Of a DNA stretch of 64,000 nucleotides, positions 38,966-48,346 are shown piece by piece. The position numbers and the translations under genes are program-made. This DNA is from Alphaproteobacteria bacterium (GTDB taxonomy: Bacteria > Pseudomonadota > Alphaproteobacteria > MPNO01 > UBA830), in NCBI GenBank assembly GCA_964291215.2, contig OZ219791.1, positions 320,001 through 384,000 on the forward strand, read 5' to 3'. Under the pieces are notes generated by a model. The model had not been told where the DNA came from and made no database searches. It saw only the letters and a program-made list of their open reading frames with translations. Numbering within the stretch: the first letter of the stretch is position 1; each line of letters opens with the position of its first letter.

Positions 38966-40102
38966 ATGGCCCTTACAGAGAAACTCCGGAAATTCCTGCT
39001 GCGCCGGGACATCGACACGCCGTATCTGGCGGTCGATCTCGACATTGTCGAAGCGCGCTACCTGGCGCTGTCAGGCATCCTCGCCCCTGCCGACATCTAC
39101 TACGCGGTCAAGGCCAACCCCGCCACGGAGATCCTCGTGCGGCTACGGGATCTCGGTGCGCATTTCGACGCTGCCAGCATGCTGGAGATCCGCCAGTGCC
39201 TTGAGGCCGGAATCCCGCCTGGGCGAATCGCGTTCGGCAACAGCGCCAAGAAGGCGCGCGACATCGCCGAGGCCCGCGAACGGAACATCGACCTGTTTGC
39301 CTATGACAGCCGGGCGGAGATGCAGAAGCTGGCGGCGACGGCGCCCGGCGCGCGGGTCTATTGCCGCATCTTCATGGAACCCGATGGCGCGGAATGGCCG
39401 CTGTCGCGGAAATTCGGCTGTCCGGCCGACAGCGCCGCAGATATTCTCGAGGAAGCGGGCCAACTCGGGCTCAAGCCGGCCGGCGTGTCGTTTCATGTCG
39501 GATCGCAACAGAGATTTCCCGCGCGCTGGGATGTCGGAATCGCGCGGGCCGCGCGGATATTCTCGGAACTGGAACGCCGCGGAATCGTACTTGAGCTGCT
39601 CAATATCGGAGGTGGATTTCCTGCCCGCTATCGCGACGAGGTTCCGCCCCTGTCCGCGTACGGGAACGGTATCCGCGCATCACTGGCACACCATTTCGGA
39701 GACCGCATGCCGCGCATCATCGCCGAGCCAGGCCGCGGCATCGTCGGCGACGCCGGGGTCATCCAGACCGAAATAGTCCTGATCGCCGAAAGATCGCGGG
39801 AACCGGACCGGCGTTGGATATTTCTCGATGTCGGCAAGTTCGGAGGTCTCGCAGAGACTTTCAACGAGTCGATCCGTTACCGGATCAGGACTCCGCATGA
39901 CGGCGGTCCCGCGGCGCCGGCCGTCCTCGCCGGTCCCACCTGCGACGAGGTCGATGTGCTCTACGAAGCCTCCAACTATACCATGCCGACGGCACTCGGA
40001 ACGGGAGACCGAATCGAAATTCTCGCCACCGGAGCCTATACCTCAACCTATGCGTCGGTCGGATTCAACGGTTTTCCGCCGCTCGGCGAATACTACATCT
40101 GA
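38966..40102 (+). CDS. Type III PLP-dependent ornithine/lysine decarboxylase
   Basis: YAVKANP, KFG, FHVGSQ, NIGGGFP, EPGR, GPTCD, GAY, FNGF motifs. Confidence 0.93.
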   Translation: MALTEKLRKFLLRRDIDTPYLAVDLDIVEARYLALSGILAPADIYYAVKANPATEILVRLRDLGAHFDAASMLEIRQCLEAGIPPGRIAFGNSAKKARDIAEARERNIDLFAYDSRAEMQKLAATAPGARVYCRIFMEPDGAEWPLSRKFGCPADSAADILEEAGQLGLKPAGVSFHVGSQQRFPARWDVGIARAARIFSELERRGIVLELLNIGGGFPARYRDEVPPLSAYGNGIRASLAHHFGDRMPRIIAEPGRGIVGDAGVIQTEIVLIAERSREPDRRWIFLDVGKFGGLAETFNESIRYRIRTPHDGGPAAPAVLAGPTCDEVDVLYEASNYTMPTALGTGDRIEILATGAYTSTYASVGFNGFPPLGEYYI

Positions 40103-40213
40103 ACGGCCGCACGGAACGCGAAGACCCGAATGAGCCGCGCGGCAGCACTGGAACCGGCATCGGCAGCGGCCTATCGTGCCCCTGCCAAAGCCATGCAAAA
40201 CGGGGAAACATTG

Positions 40214-40852
40214 ATGAAGCTCTACGGATTCTCGCGCTCGTCGGCAGCCTTCCGCGTGCGTATCGCGGTCAACCTCAAGAAGCTGGACTGCGAACATGTC
40301 TCGATCAGCCTGCCGGACGGCAACCAGTTCAGCGACGACTACACGGCGATCAATCCCCAGGGCCGCGTACCCACCCTGGCCGACGGCGGTCTGGTTCTGT
40401 TCCAGTCGATGGCGATCCTGGAATATCTCGACGAACGCTATCCCGAACCGGCGTTTCTGCCCCGGGATTCCGCCGGCCGGGCGCGGGTGAGGGGACTGGC
40501 CAACATTGTCGCCTGCGACATACACCCCCTGAACAATCTCGAAGTTCTCAAGTTCCTCGGCGCCGAGCTCGGGCAGGACAGGCAGGCCGTGGACGTCACA
40601 TGGTACCATCACTGGATCGCCCGCGGGCTGCGGACGATCGAGACTCACCTTGCCGGCGACCACGCCACGGGAACATTCTGCTATGGCGACAGCCCCGGGC
40701 TGGCAGACATCTGCCTCGTGCCGCAGGTTTTCAATGCCCAGCGCTATAAGTGCGACCTTGCCGGCTATCCGAAGCTGATGTCGGTCTTCGAAGCCTGCAT
40801 GGCTCTGGAGGCGTTCGACCGCGCGCAGCCGTCGAAACAGACGGACGCCTGA
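40214..40852 (+). CDS. maiA: Maleylacetoacetate isomerase (zeta-class GST)
   Basis: RSSAAFRVRIA, QSMAILEYL, CDIHPLNNL, ADICLVPQ motifs. Confidence 0.92.
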   Translation: MKLYGFSRSSAAFRVRIAVNLKKLDCEHVSISLPDGNQFSDDYTAINPQGRVPTLADGGLVLFQSMAILEYLDERYPEPAFLPRDSAGRARVRGLANIVACDIHPLNNLEVLKFLGAELGQDRQAVDVTWYHHWIARGLRTIETHLAGDHATGTFCYGDSPGLADICLVPQVFNAQRYKCDLAGYPKLMSVFEACMALEAFDRAQPSKQTDA

Positions 40853-40972
40853 TCCCGGGCGGGCGCACAAACATCGCGGAACCCGCCGACGGCACCGGAC
40901 AAAAGACGCATCACCCCTACGGTTCGAAGCCTGCCGTCTGCGCTCTGCAGCGTTGAGGCCAACACCCGGTCC

Positions 40973-42337
40973 TTATTCGGGAGCAGCCCGCCCTCTTCCG
41001 GCAGCCGGATCGACATAGCTTAGAATGTCCCCGGCCCGGACCCGCCCCGGGGATCCCTTCGCGAGCAGGCGCTCGGCCTTGCGGGCGTAGTTGCCGGCTT
41101 CCTTGCCGCGCCCGAGAAGCAGCGCGTGTTCGGCCGACGACAGCGCCGACAGCCCGAAGCGGCCCGTGCGGCCGTAAGCGATCGCCGACAATCTCCAAGC
41201 CGACACCATTGTCGGCTCCGCACGAAGGACGGTCCCGAGATTCGCTATCGCCTTTTCCATCAGTTCAGGATGGCCCAGTTCGATATAGACCCGGGCAAGG
41301 CCGACCTGGATCAATGGCTGATTCGGAATCAGCTTCAACGCGTTTTCGTAGGCCCAGCGCGCTTCCGGGAGCCGCCCATTCTCGAACAGCACCTGTCCCC
41401 GCAATTCCCGGAAGTACGGGTCATCCGGCAATTCGCCAGCAAGCCCGTCGATCAGGCCCAGCGCCTTGTCGGTCTCGCCCGCGCGATAGAACGCGATCGC
41501 CCGGGCGTAGCGCGCCTCGATAGTGAGGTCGGTCTCGGCGTATTTGCGCAGCGTCCGCCGGGGCTCATCCAGGAAGCCTGTGAGCTTGGCGACCATGCGA
41601 CCGTGGGCGGCCCGCTCGCCAGGCCGGGCCGGCGCATCGGCAAACGGCGATCGTGCAAGATGGTTGTGGACAAAAGTGATCCTGTCGCGCGTGAGCGGGT
41701 GGGTCCGGAGATAGGGGTCCTGCAGGTTCGGCGCCAGCAGCTCCTGCTTCTCAAGCACCTCGAACAGCTCGAGGAGACCACGCGAGGATGTTTTCGTCCC
41801 GTCAAGGAGATCAACGGCAACCTGATCAGCGGAATTTTCCTGCACGCGGGTGAATTTTCTGAGGCTGCGCTCGGTGATGTCGGCGCCCAGGAGCAGGCTG
41901 GCCATAACCGCGTCGGGCCGGCCGGCGACGGCGCCGAGCGCTCCGCCCACGAGGGACCCCAGCGCGCCCTTCGCCAGCGCCCCCTGCGATTCGATGCGCA
42001 GCCGCGCCAGATGCCCCCCGGAGATATGGCCGATTTCGTGGGCGATCACTCCCTTGACCTGGCCGGGATGGCGGGCGCGCATGAGGAGGCCGGTGGTCAG
42101 AAAGATGCGTTTGCCACCGCTGACGAACGCGTTGATCTTCGGGTTCCTGATGATGTGAAGACGGATCTCGTCCTTTCGGAAACCGGCTTGCCTGGCAAGT
42201 GGCCAAGCCCACTGGTCTATGGTATTTTCAATTTCCGCGTCCCGGATCAGCCCCTGTCCGGAGCTCGGCATCACCATCAACGGCGTCATGAGGCTCGCCA
42301 CCAGCACCGGGGCGGCTCTTGATACGATCCTGTGCAC
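40973..42337 (-). CDS. M48 family metalloprotease with TPR-like C-terminus (BepA-like)
   Basis: INAFV.GG, AHEIGH, E..AD, YLRTHP; start approximate. Confidence 0.9.
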   Translation of the reverse strand: MHRIVSRAAPVLVASLMTPLMVMPSSGQGLIRDAEIENTIDQWAWPLARQAGFRKDEIRLHIIRNPKINAFVSGGKRIFLTTGLLMRARHPGQVKGVIAHEIGHISGGHLARLRIESQGALAKGALGSLVGGALGAVAGRPDAVMASLLLGADITERSLRKFTRVQENSADQVAVDLLDGTKTSSRGLLELFEVLEKQELLAPNLQDPYLRTHPLTRDRITFVHNHLARSPFADAPARPGERAAHGRMVAKLTGFLDEPRRTLRKYAETDLTIEARYARAIAFYRAGETDKALGLIDGLAGELPDDPYFRELRGQVLFENGRLPEARWAYENALKLIPNQPLIQVGLARVYIELGHPELMEKAIANLGTVLRAEPTMVSAWRLSAIAYGRTGRFGLSALSSAEHALLLGRGKEAGNYARKAERLLAKGSPGRVRAGDILSYVDPAAGRGRAAPE

Positions 42338-42515
42338 CGGTTTGGCCCGTTTCCCGCAATCAGTGAGGCTGCGAAACAGTGCAGACCCTGCCAAACCTAT
42401 GTAGGAACTCTACAGCGGCGGGTCAAATTTGCCCGCCCGGCCATATCGGTCGCCAGCGGCAAGACGCGGAGGCCCGGGCCGGCGCGGCGGCGCTCTTCCT
42501 GACCGAGCGATCGTC

Positions 42516-43673
42516 ATGACCCCGGCGTTCGCGCAAGCCCGTCTCGATTCGGTGAAGCCCTTCATCGTGCTCGATGTCATGGACAAGGCCAACCGGCTGG
42601 AGGCTGCAGGCCGAGACGTGCTTCACCTTGAGGTTGGCCAGCCGGGAACGCCAGCGCCTTCGCGCGTCGTCGCCGCTGCGCACCGGGCTCTGGAAACCGA
42701 AAAGCTCGGCTATACGGAAGGGTTGGGCGTTCACGAATTGCGCGCCCGCATAGCCTGCCATTACCGCGACGCGTACGGTCTGGAGATTGCGCCGGACCGG
42801 GTGGCGGTCACCACCGGCTCATCGGGCGGCTTCATCCTCGCATTCCTCGCGGCCTTCGAGCCGGGTGCGCGCGTGGCGCTCGCCGAGCCCGGCTACCCGG
42901 CTTACCGCAACATACTGGCCGCGCTTGGTCTCGAGGCTGTCGGGGTGCCAACAACAGCCGAGGACCGCTTCCAGATAACCCCGACCCTTCTCGACCAGCT
43001 CGGTCCGGACCTCGACGGGGTGATCGTCGCCAGCCCCGCCAATCCCACTGGCACGATGCTCCCGGCCGAGGCCCTCCGGGCACTCGCGGCCTATTGCAGC
43101 GATCGCGGCATCTGGCTGATCTCGGACGAGATCTATCACGGCATCACCTATTCGATGGACAGTACGAGCGCTCTCCAATTCACCGACGATGCCATCGTGC
43201 TCAACAGCTTCTCCAAATACTACTCAATGACCGGCTGGCGAATCGGATGGATGGTTCTTCCCGAGAACCTGTGCCGGCCGATCGAACGTCTTGCCCAGAA
43301 CATGTTCATCTCCGTGCCGACGCTCTCCCAGTGCGCCGCACTCGCGGCGTTCGATTGCCGCGATGAACTCGATACCAATGTCGCCCGCTATGCGGCAAAC
43401 CGCGAGTTGCTGCTGCGTGAACTGCCAGCGGCCGGTTTCGATATCCTCGCCCCTGCCGACGGCGCGTTCTATCTCTATGCCGACGTGAGCCGGCTTACCA
43501 ACCACAGCAGCACGTTCGGCGACACGCTGTTGCAGGAAACCGGTGTGGCGATTGCGACAGGCCTCGATTTCGACGCTGCCCGCGGCCATACGACCGTACG
43601 CATCTCTTTCGCCGGAACGGCCGAAACGATGGCAGAGGCAGTACGGCGAATTCGGGAGTGGTGCGGGCGCTAG
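42516..43673 (+). CDS. PLP-dependent aminotransferase class I/II
   Basis: LEVGQP, SPANPTG, SDEIYH, NSFSKYYSMTGWRIG motifs. Confidence 0.93.
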   Translation: MTPAFAQARLDSVKPFIVLDVMDKANRLEAAGRDVLHLEVGQPGTPAPSRVVAAAHRALETEKLGYTEGLGVHELRARIACHYRDAYGLEIAPDRVAVTTGSSGGFILAFLAAFEPGARVALAEPGYPAYRNILAALGLEAVGVPTTAEDRFQITPTLLDQLGPDLDGVIVASPANPTGTMLPAEALRALAAYCSDRGIWLISDEIYHGITYSMDSTSALQFTDDAIVLNSFSKYYSMTGWRIGWMVLPENLCRPIERLAQNMFISVPTLSQCAALAAFDCRDELDTNVARYAANRELLLRELPAAGFDILAPADGAFYLYADVSRLTNHSSTFGDTLLQETGVAIATGLDFDAARGHTTVRISFAGTAETMAEAVRRIREWCGR

Positions 43674-43777
43674 CAGCCCGTGCCGCCGGACGCCATCGCG
43701 GCCGGCGACCCTGACGCCGCCGGCACCGACAACCGGAACCGGGCGCCCCCCAAAGATCGGAACCGGACGGGACCGCG

Positions 43778-46219
43778 TTATCCGGCCGCTTTCTGCCACC
43801 AGCCGCGTCGCGCCGCCCTTTCGACATGCTCGTCGCGGGTCCTGGCGTCTTCGGCCTGGCCCTGCGGTTCCGGCTTGCAGTCCGCGGCAAGTTGCGGCGG
43901 CAGCGCCTCGGGGACCGCCGCACCCGCCGACTGGGGCTGTCCTTCCGGAGCGATCGCACCACCAGCATCAATATTCGCCGCATCGCCGTTTGCGGGCGGC
44001 GGCCCGTCGGCTGCGGGCATGGCATCGGACTGCGCTTCGCCATTGGTTGCCTTGCGGCGGCGACGGCGACGGCGACGGCGGGCGGCGGGCGGCTTCTCGC
44101 TCTCGTCGCCGGAGCCATCCACCGCATCCACGGACTCGGAGGCAAGCTCGACCTCGCTGGCGACCTGCTCGTCAACGGGCGCCTCCGTCTCGCTCTTGCG
44201 GCGACGGCCGCGCTTCCGCGCCGACCGCCGGCCGCCATCCGCAAGCTCTTCGTCCCTGACGGCAGACCCGTTCGCCTCGGCCAAAGCCTCGTCGGCGACC
44301 TGCTCGTCCTTCGCCGGTTCGGCCTCGTTCCTGCGCCGACGGCCGCGCTTCCGGCCCTGCCGCCGGCTGCCGTCGGCGGATTCTTCCGCGCCGCCTGCGG
44401 CTCCGTTCGCGCGTCTGGCCGGGGCTTGGCGCTTGCGGGAAGCCTGGCGTTTTCCGGACGGCGGCGCCTTCTCCGTACCGTCTTCAGCCACCATCTGCTC
44501 AATGCGGATGTCCGGAGCCCCGCTATCGTCGGTGCGGAGAACTATCTTCAGCTCGTGCCGGTTCTCGATTTCTGCCAGCCTTGCTCGCTTGTGGTTCAGG
44601 GTATACAGCGCTACTCCGGTCGGCACGAAAACGATAATCCCCTCCTGCTGCCGGCGCGCGGCTTCCTGCTCTATGGCCCGGAGTACGCGCAGCACCATCG
44701 ATTCCACCGACAGGACGTAGCCGCTGCCCTCACAGTGTCGGCAGGTCTCGCTGCTGCTCTCGATCAGGCTGGGCCGCAAACGCTGACGTGACAGCTCCAT
44801 CAGCCCAAATTCGCTGATGCGGCCCACTTTCAGCCGCGCCCGGTCATCCTTGACGACCTCGCGCATCCGGCGTTCCACCTTGCGCACGTTGCGGCTCTCG
44901 TCCATGTCGATGAAATCGATGACGACCAGCCCGGCGAGGTCGCGGAGCCTGAGCTGGCGGGCGACCTCCTCGGCCGCCTCGAGGTTGGTCTTGAGCGCGG
45001 TCTTCTCGGTGTTCCGCTCGCTTGTCGACTTGCCTGAATTCACGTCAATGGCAACCAAGGCTTCGGTCTGGTTGATCACCAGCGAACCGCCGGACTTGAG
45101 CCCGACTTCCGGTCTGTACATCGCCTCGAGCTGCTGCTCGATCTGGTGGCGCTGGAACAGGGAGACGCCGCCATCGTCATAGCGCTGCACGCGTTTGGCG
45201 TGGCTCGGCATCATCAGCCGCATGAACTTCTTGGTGCTCTTGTAGACATCGGCCCCGTCGACCAGGACCGTTTCGATGTCCTTGGCATAGACATCGCGGA
45301 TCGACCGCTTGATGATGTCGCCTTCTTCGTAGACAAGGCAGGGCGCCGTCGAGGACATCGTTACCTCGCGCACCTCGTCCCACGCCCGCATCAGATATTC
45401 CAGATCACGCTTGATCTCGCTCTTGCTCCGCTGCATGCCCGCGGTGCGGATGATCAGGCCCATCCCGTCGGGAACATCCAGTGCGCTGAGCGTCTTGCGC
45501 AGTTTCTTGCGCTCACCGGAATCCGTGATCCGTCGCGAGATCCCGCCAGTGCGCGAGGCATTGGGCATCAGCACACAGTACCGTCCAGGCAGGGAGATGT
45601 AGGTGGTGAGCGCGGCTCCCTTGTTGCCCCGTTCCTCCTTGAGAATCTGGACGAGCAGGATCTGGCCGGGCCTTATTACCTCCTGGATCTTGTAACGGCG
45701 GCGATTCAGCCCCGCGGGTACCGTCTCCTCGACGCTTTCGACCTGTGCGCTCTCCGCCTCGTCGGCATCGGCGAGCTCCTCATCCGGCGCCTGGTCCTCT
45801 TCCGCGGCGGGGCCTTCCGACTCTGCCGCCTCAACCGCAGGCCCGTCGTCCTGTTCGATCTCGAGATCGTCGCTGGCGCTGTCGCCGTCGATCTCCTCGA
45901 GATGCTCGCGGGCGGCGCGTGCGCCGTGATCCAGGGCTTCCTGCTCCTCGAGCAGTTTCCGGCGATCCTCGACAGGAATCTGGTAGTAGTCCGGGTGGAC
46001 ATCGTTGAAGGACAGGAAACCGTGGCGGTCACCGCCGTAATCGACGAATGCCGCCTGCAGCGACGGCTCGACCCTTGCTACTGTTGCCAGATAGATGTTG
46101 CTCTTGATCTGCTTCCTGAACGATGTCTGGATATCATATTCTTCGAGCTCGCTCCCCGACGCGATGACAACCCGGATTTCCTCCTCGTAGTTGCCGTCGA
46201 TGAGCATACGCTTTGACAT
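43778..46219 (-). CDS. rne: Ribonuclease E
   Basis: MSKRMLID, VEPSLQAAFV, KEERGNKGAALTT, AIDVNSG, RDLAGLVVIDFIDM; acidic/Arg-rich tail ending GWWQK. Confidence 0.95.
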   Translation of the reverse strand: MSKRMLIDGNYEEEIRVVIASGSELEEYDIQTSFRKQIKSNIYLATVARVEPSLQAAFVDYGGDRHGFLSFNDVHPDYYQIPVEDRRKLLEEQEALDHGARAAREHLEEIDGDSASDDLEIEQDDGPAVEAAESEGPAAEEDQAPDEELADADEAESAQVESVEETVPAGLNRRRYKIQEVIRPGQILLVQILKEERGNKGAALTTYISLPGRYCVLMPNASRTGGISRRITDSGERKKLRKTLSALDVPDGMGLIIRTAGMQRSKSEIKRDLEYLMRAWDEVREVTMSSTAPCLVYEEGDIIKRSIRDVYAKDIETVLVDGADVYKSTKKFMRLMMPSHAKRVQRYDDGGVSLFQRHQIEQQLEAMYRPEVGLKSGGSLVINQTEALVAIDVNSGKSTSERNTEKTALKTNLEAAEEVARQLRLRDLAGLVVIDFIDMDESRNVRKVERRMREVVKDDRARLKVGRISEFGLMELSRQRLRPSLIESSSETCRHCEGSGYVLSVESMVLRVLRAIEQEAARRQQEGIIVFVPTGVALYTLNHKRARLAEIENRHELKIVLRTDDSGAPDIRIEQMVAEDGTEKAPPSGKRQASRKRQAPARRANGAAGGAEESADGSRRQGRKRGRRRRNEAEPAKDEQVADEALAEANGSAVRDEELADGGRRSARKRGRRRKSETEAPVDEQVASEVELASESVDAVDGSGDESEKPPAARRRRRRRRRKATNGEAQSDAMPAADGPPPANGDAANIDAGGAIAPEGQPQSAGAAVPEALPPQLAADCKPEPQGQAEDARTRDEHVERAARRGWWQKAAG

Positions 46220-47072
46220 TGTGTTTCTCCGGCATGGTCGCCAGATCCGCCGCGCGAACGAACGATCGGGAAATGCGCCATGCCTGCAAGACCGGGCCGG
46301 CCCTGGTCGACCTTCAGGACACGCCCGCCGTTCCCGGGGAACGGCGTCGGCGGCAGGGACCGGGCAAGGGCGACAGATATCCGGGTGGTTCCGGATTCGG
46401 TCTTGAGTTCCGTTGGACCGCGACCGTACAATGCGGCCAGCCTGTCGCTGCTGACATGTGCCAACTGCGAAAAAAGGAATTTGGGGGACTGGCCACCAGA
46501 CAGTTTTCCTGCCTGTTTCGGAGTTCGGTAGCGGATGTTCGCATTTAGCGAATATATGCCGATCCCCCTCTGAAGGCAACTGCCGACCACAGTTTTTCGC
46601 GATTTGGCTGCTGACAGCCCTTGCCGGACCTCTTCAAGGATCCCTGCCGCTTGGCCTTCCCGCCGGCCTTCAGCGCTTCGACCATGCCGCCGGATCGCCA
46701 CCGCACCACAGGAGACGCCGTTCGCCGGTCCGGCACCCGAGTCTTCCGGCGCCACCCCGTCGGGGGCCGAAGATGTCTGCAGATTCTCCGAACGGCTGTA
46801 CAGGGCGGCGGATCCGGCTTTCGAAAACGACCGTCGCCCTGTACAGCCGATTCCCGAAAACGCCGATTCTCGGGCTATTCATAGCCGAGCGCCGTTCCGA
46901 ATATGATGGATTGAAACGCGTACGACAACGCAGGGGCTTGGACCGCATGGCAGAGACGCTTGCCGTCCCGAACGGGCGAAAGGATGTTCCGGACACCGCC
47001 CGCGGCTCCCCGCGGTGTCCCGGCGTCCCGGCTCGACCGCCGGAGCCGTCGCGTCCGGCCATCATCGCGCCC

Positions 47073-48263
47073 GTGATCCGGACGCTCTGGAAAATGGCGC
47101 TGCTGCCCGCCCTCGCGGCGATTGCGCTTGCCGCCGTGCCCGCAGGCGCGGGCGCATTATCACCCAACGTGGACGGCATGCGTATCGGCGTCTACGACAC
47201 CAGGACGCGGTTCGTGGTGGATCTGGACAGGTCGGCAACCTTCAGCGTGTTCACCCTTTCCGATCCCTATCGCGTGGTCGTCGATCTGCCCGAAGTCACC
47301 TGGTCCTCGCCGCTAAAGCGGGTCAGCGGCGGGCTGATCGCGCAGCTGCGCTTCGGACTCCTGAAGCCGGGCGTATCTCGCATCGTGCTCGATGTCGGAG
47401 GACCCGTGCGCGTCCTGAAATCCTTTCTCCTGGCGCCCAGCGACGCACTTCGGCATCACCGGCTCGTGATCGACCTTGTCCCGACCGACCGCAAGACCTT
47501 CATGCGAGAAATCCGCGCCCGGCTCGCGACAGCGAGGACGGCGCCACCGAGAGCCGCACCCGTCCCCCGCCCGAAACCCCGCGACGGCAAGAAGCTGGTC
47601 GTGATCGATCCCGGCCATGGCGGCGTCGACCCCGGCGCCATCAGCCGGTCGGGACGATACGAGAAGCATGTTGTACTCGCCCATGCCAGGGAACTGCGGC
47701 GCCAGCTTCTCGCGACCGGAAACTACCGCATCGTCATGACCCGGAACCGCGACGTATTCATGCGCCTGCGCAAGCGCACCGAGAAGGCCCGCGCCGCCGG
47801 CGCCGACCTGTTCATTTCCCTGCATGCCGATTCGATCGCAAGGCCATCCGTCCGCGGCGCGTCGGTATACACGCTGTCCGAGCGCGCATCGGATCGGGAA
47901 GCCGCCGCTCTCGCGGCGCGGGAGAACAAGTCGGACATCATCGCAGGACTCGACCTCGACGCCCGATCAAGTGAGGTTGCAGACATCCTCATCGACCTTT
48001 CCCAACGCGATACCAAGAACCAGTCCGCGCAATTTGCCGGCATTCTCATCCACGAGATGGCCAAGGTGCGCCGCATGCTCCGCAACACGCATCGCTTCGC
48101 CGGCTTTGCGGTTCTCAAGGCGCCGGATGTCCCCGCAGTCCTCGTCGAGCTCGGCTACCTGTCCAATCGCGCCGACGAGCGCCTGCTGCTCGACACGAAA
48201 GCGCGGCTCAGGGTGGTATCCGCAATCGTCCGCGCCATCGACCGGTATTTCGGTAGCCGATAG
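47073..48263 (+). CDS. N-acetylmuramoyl-L-alanine amidase (AMIN + Amidase_3, AmiC-like)
   Basis: PYRVVVDLP, VIDPGHGGVDPGA, FISLHAD, VLVELGYLSN; start approximate. Confidence 0.92.
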   Translation: MIRTLWKMALLPALAAIALAAVPAGAGALSPNVDGMRIGVYDTRTRFVVDLDRSATFSVFTLSDPYRVVVDLPEVTWSSPLKRVSGGLIAQLRFGLLKPGVSRIVLDVGGPVRVLKSFLLAPSDALRHHRLVIDLVPTDRKTFMREIRARLATARTAPPRAAPVPRPKPRDGKKLVVIDPGHGGVDPGAISRSGRYEKHVVLAHARELRRQLLATGNYRIVMTRNRDVFMRLRKRTEKARAAGADLFISLHADSIARPSVRGASVYTLSERASDREAAALAARENKSDIIAGLDLDARSSEVADILIDLSQRDTKNQSAQFAGILIHEMAKVRRMLRNTHRFAGFAVLKAPDVPAVLVELGYLSNRADERLLLDTKARLRVVSAIVRAIDRYFGSR

Positions 48264-48346
48264 CTGCGCAACATACCATATTGACGCCATATTCATATGG
48301 CGACGTACCGGTTCGACCTGAAGCAACGGTGTTGCAGGCCACAGTG

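Noticed and set aside
46220-47072. Long region between rne and the amidase as hidden genes
   Set aside because: The ORF extensions there lack motifs; it is better explained by divergent promoters and the long rne leader.
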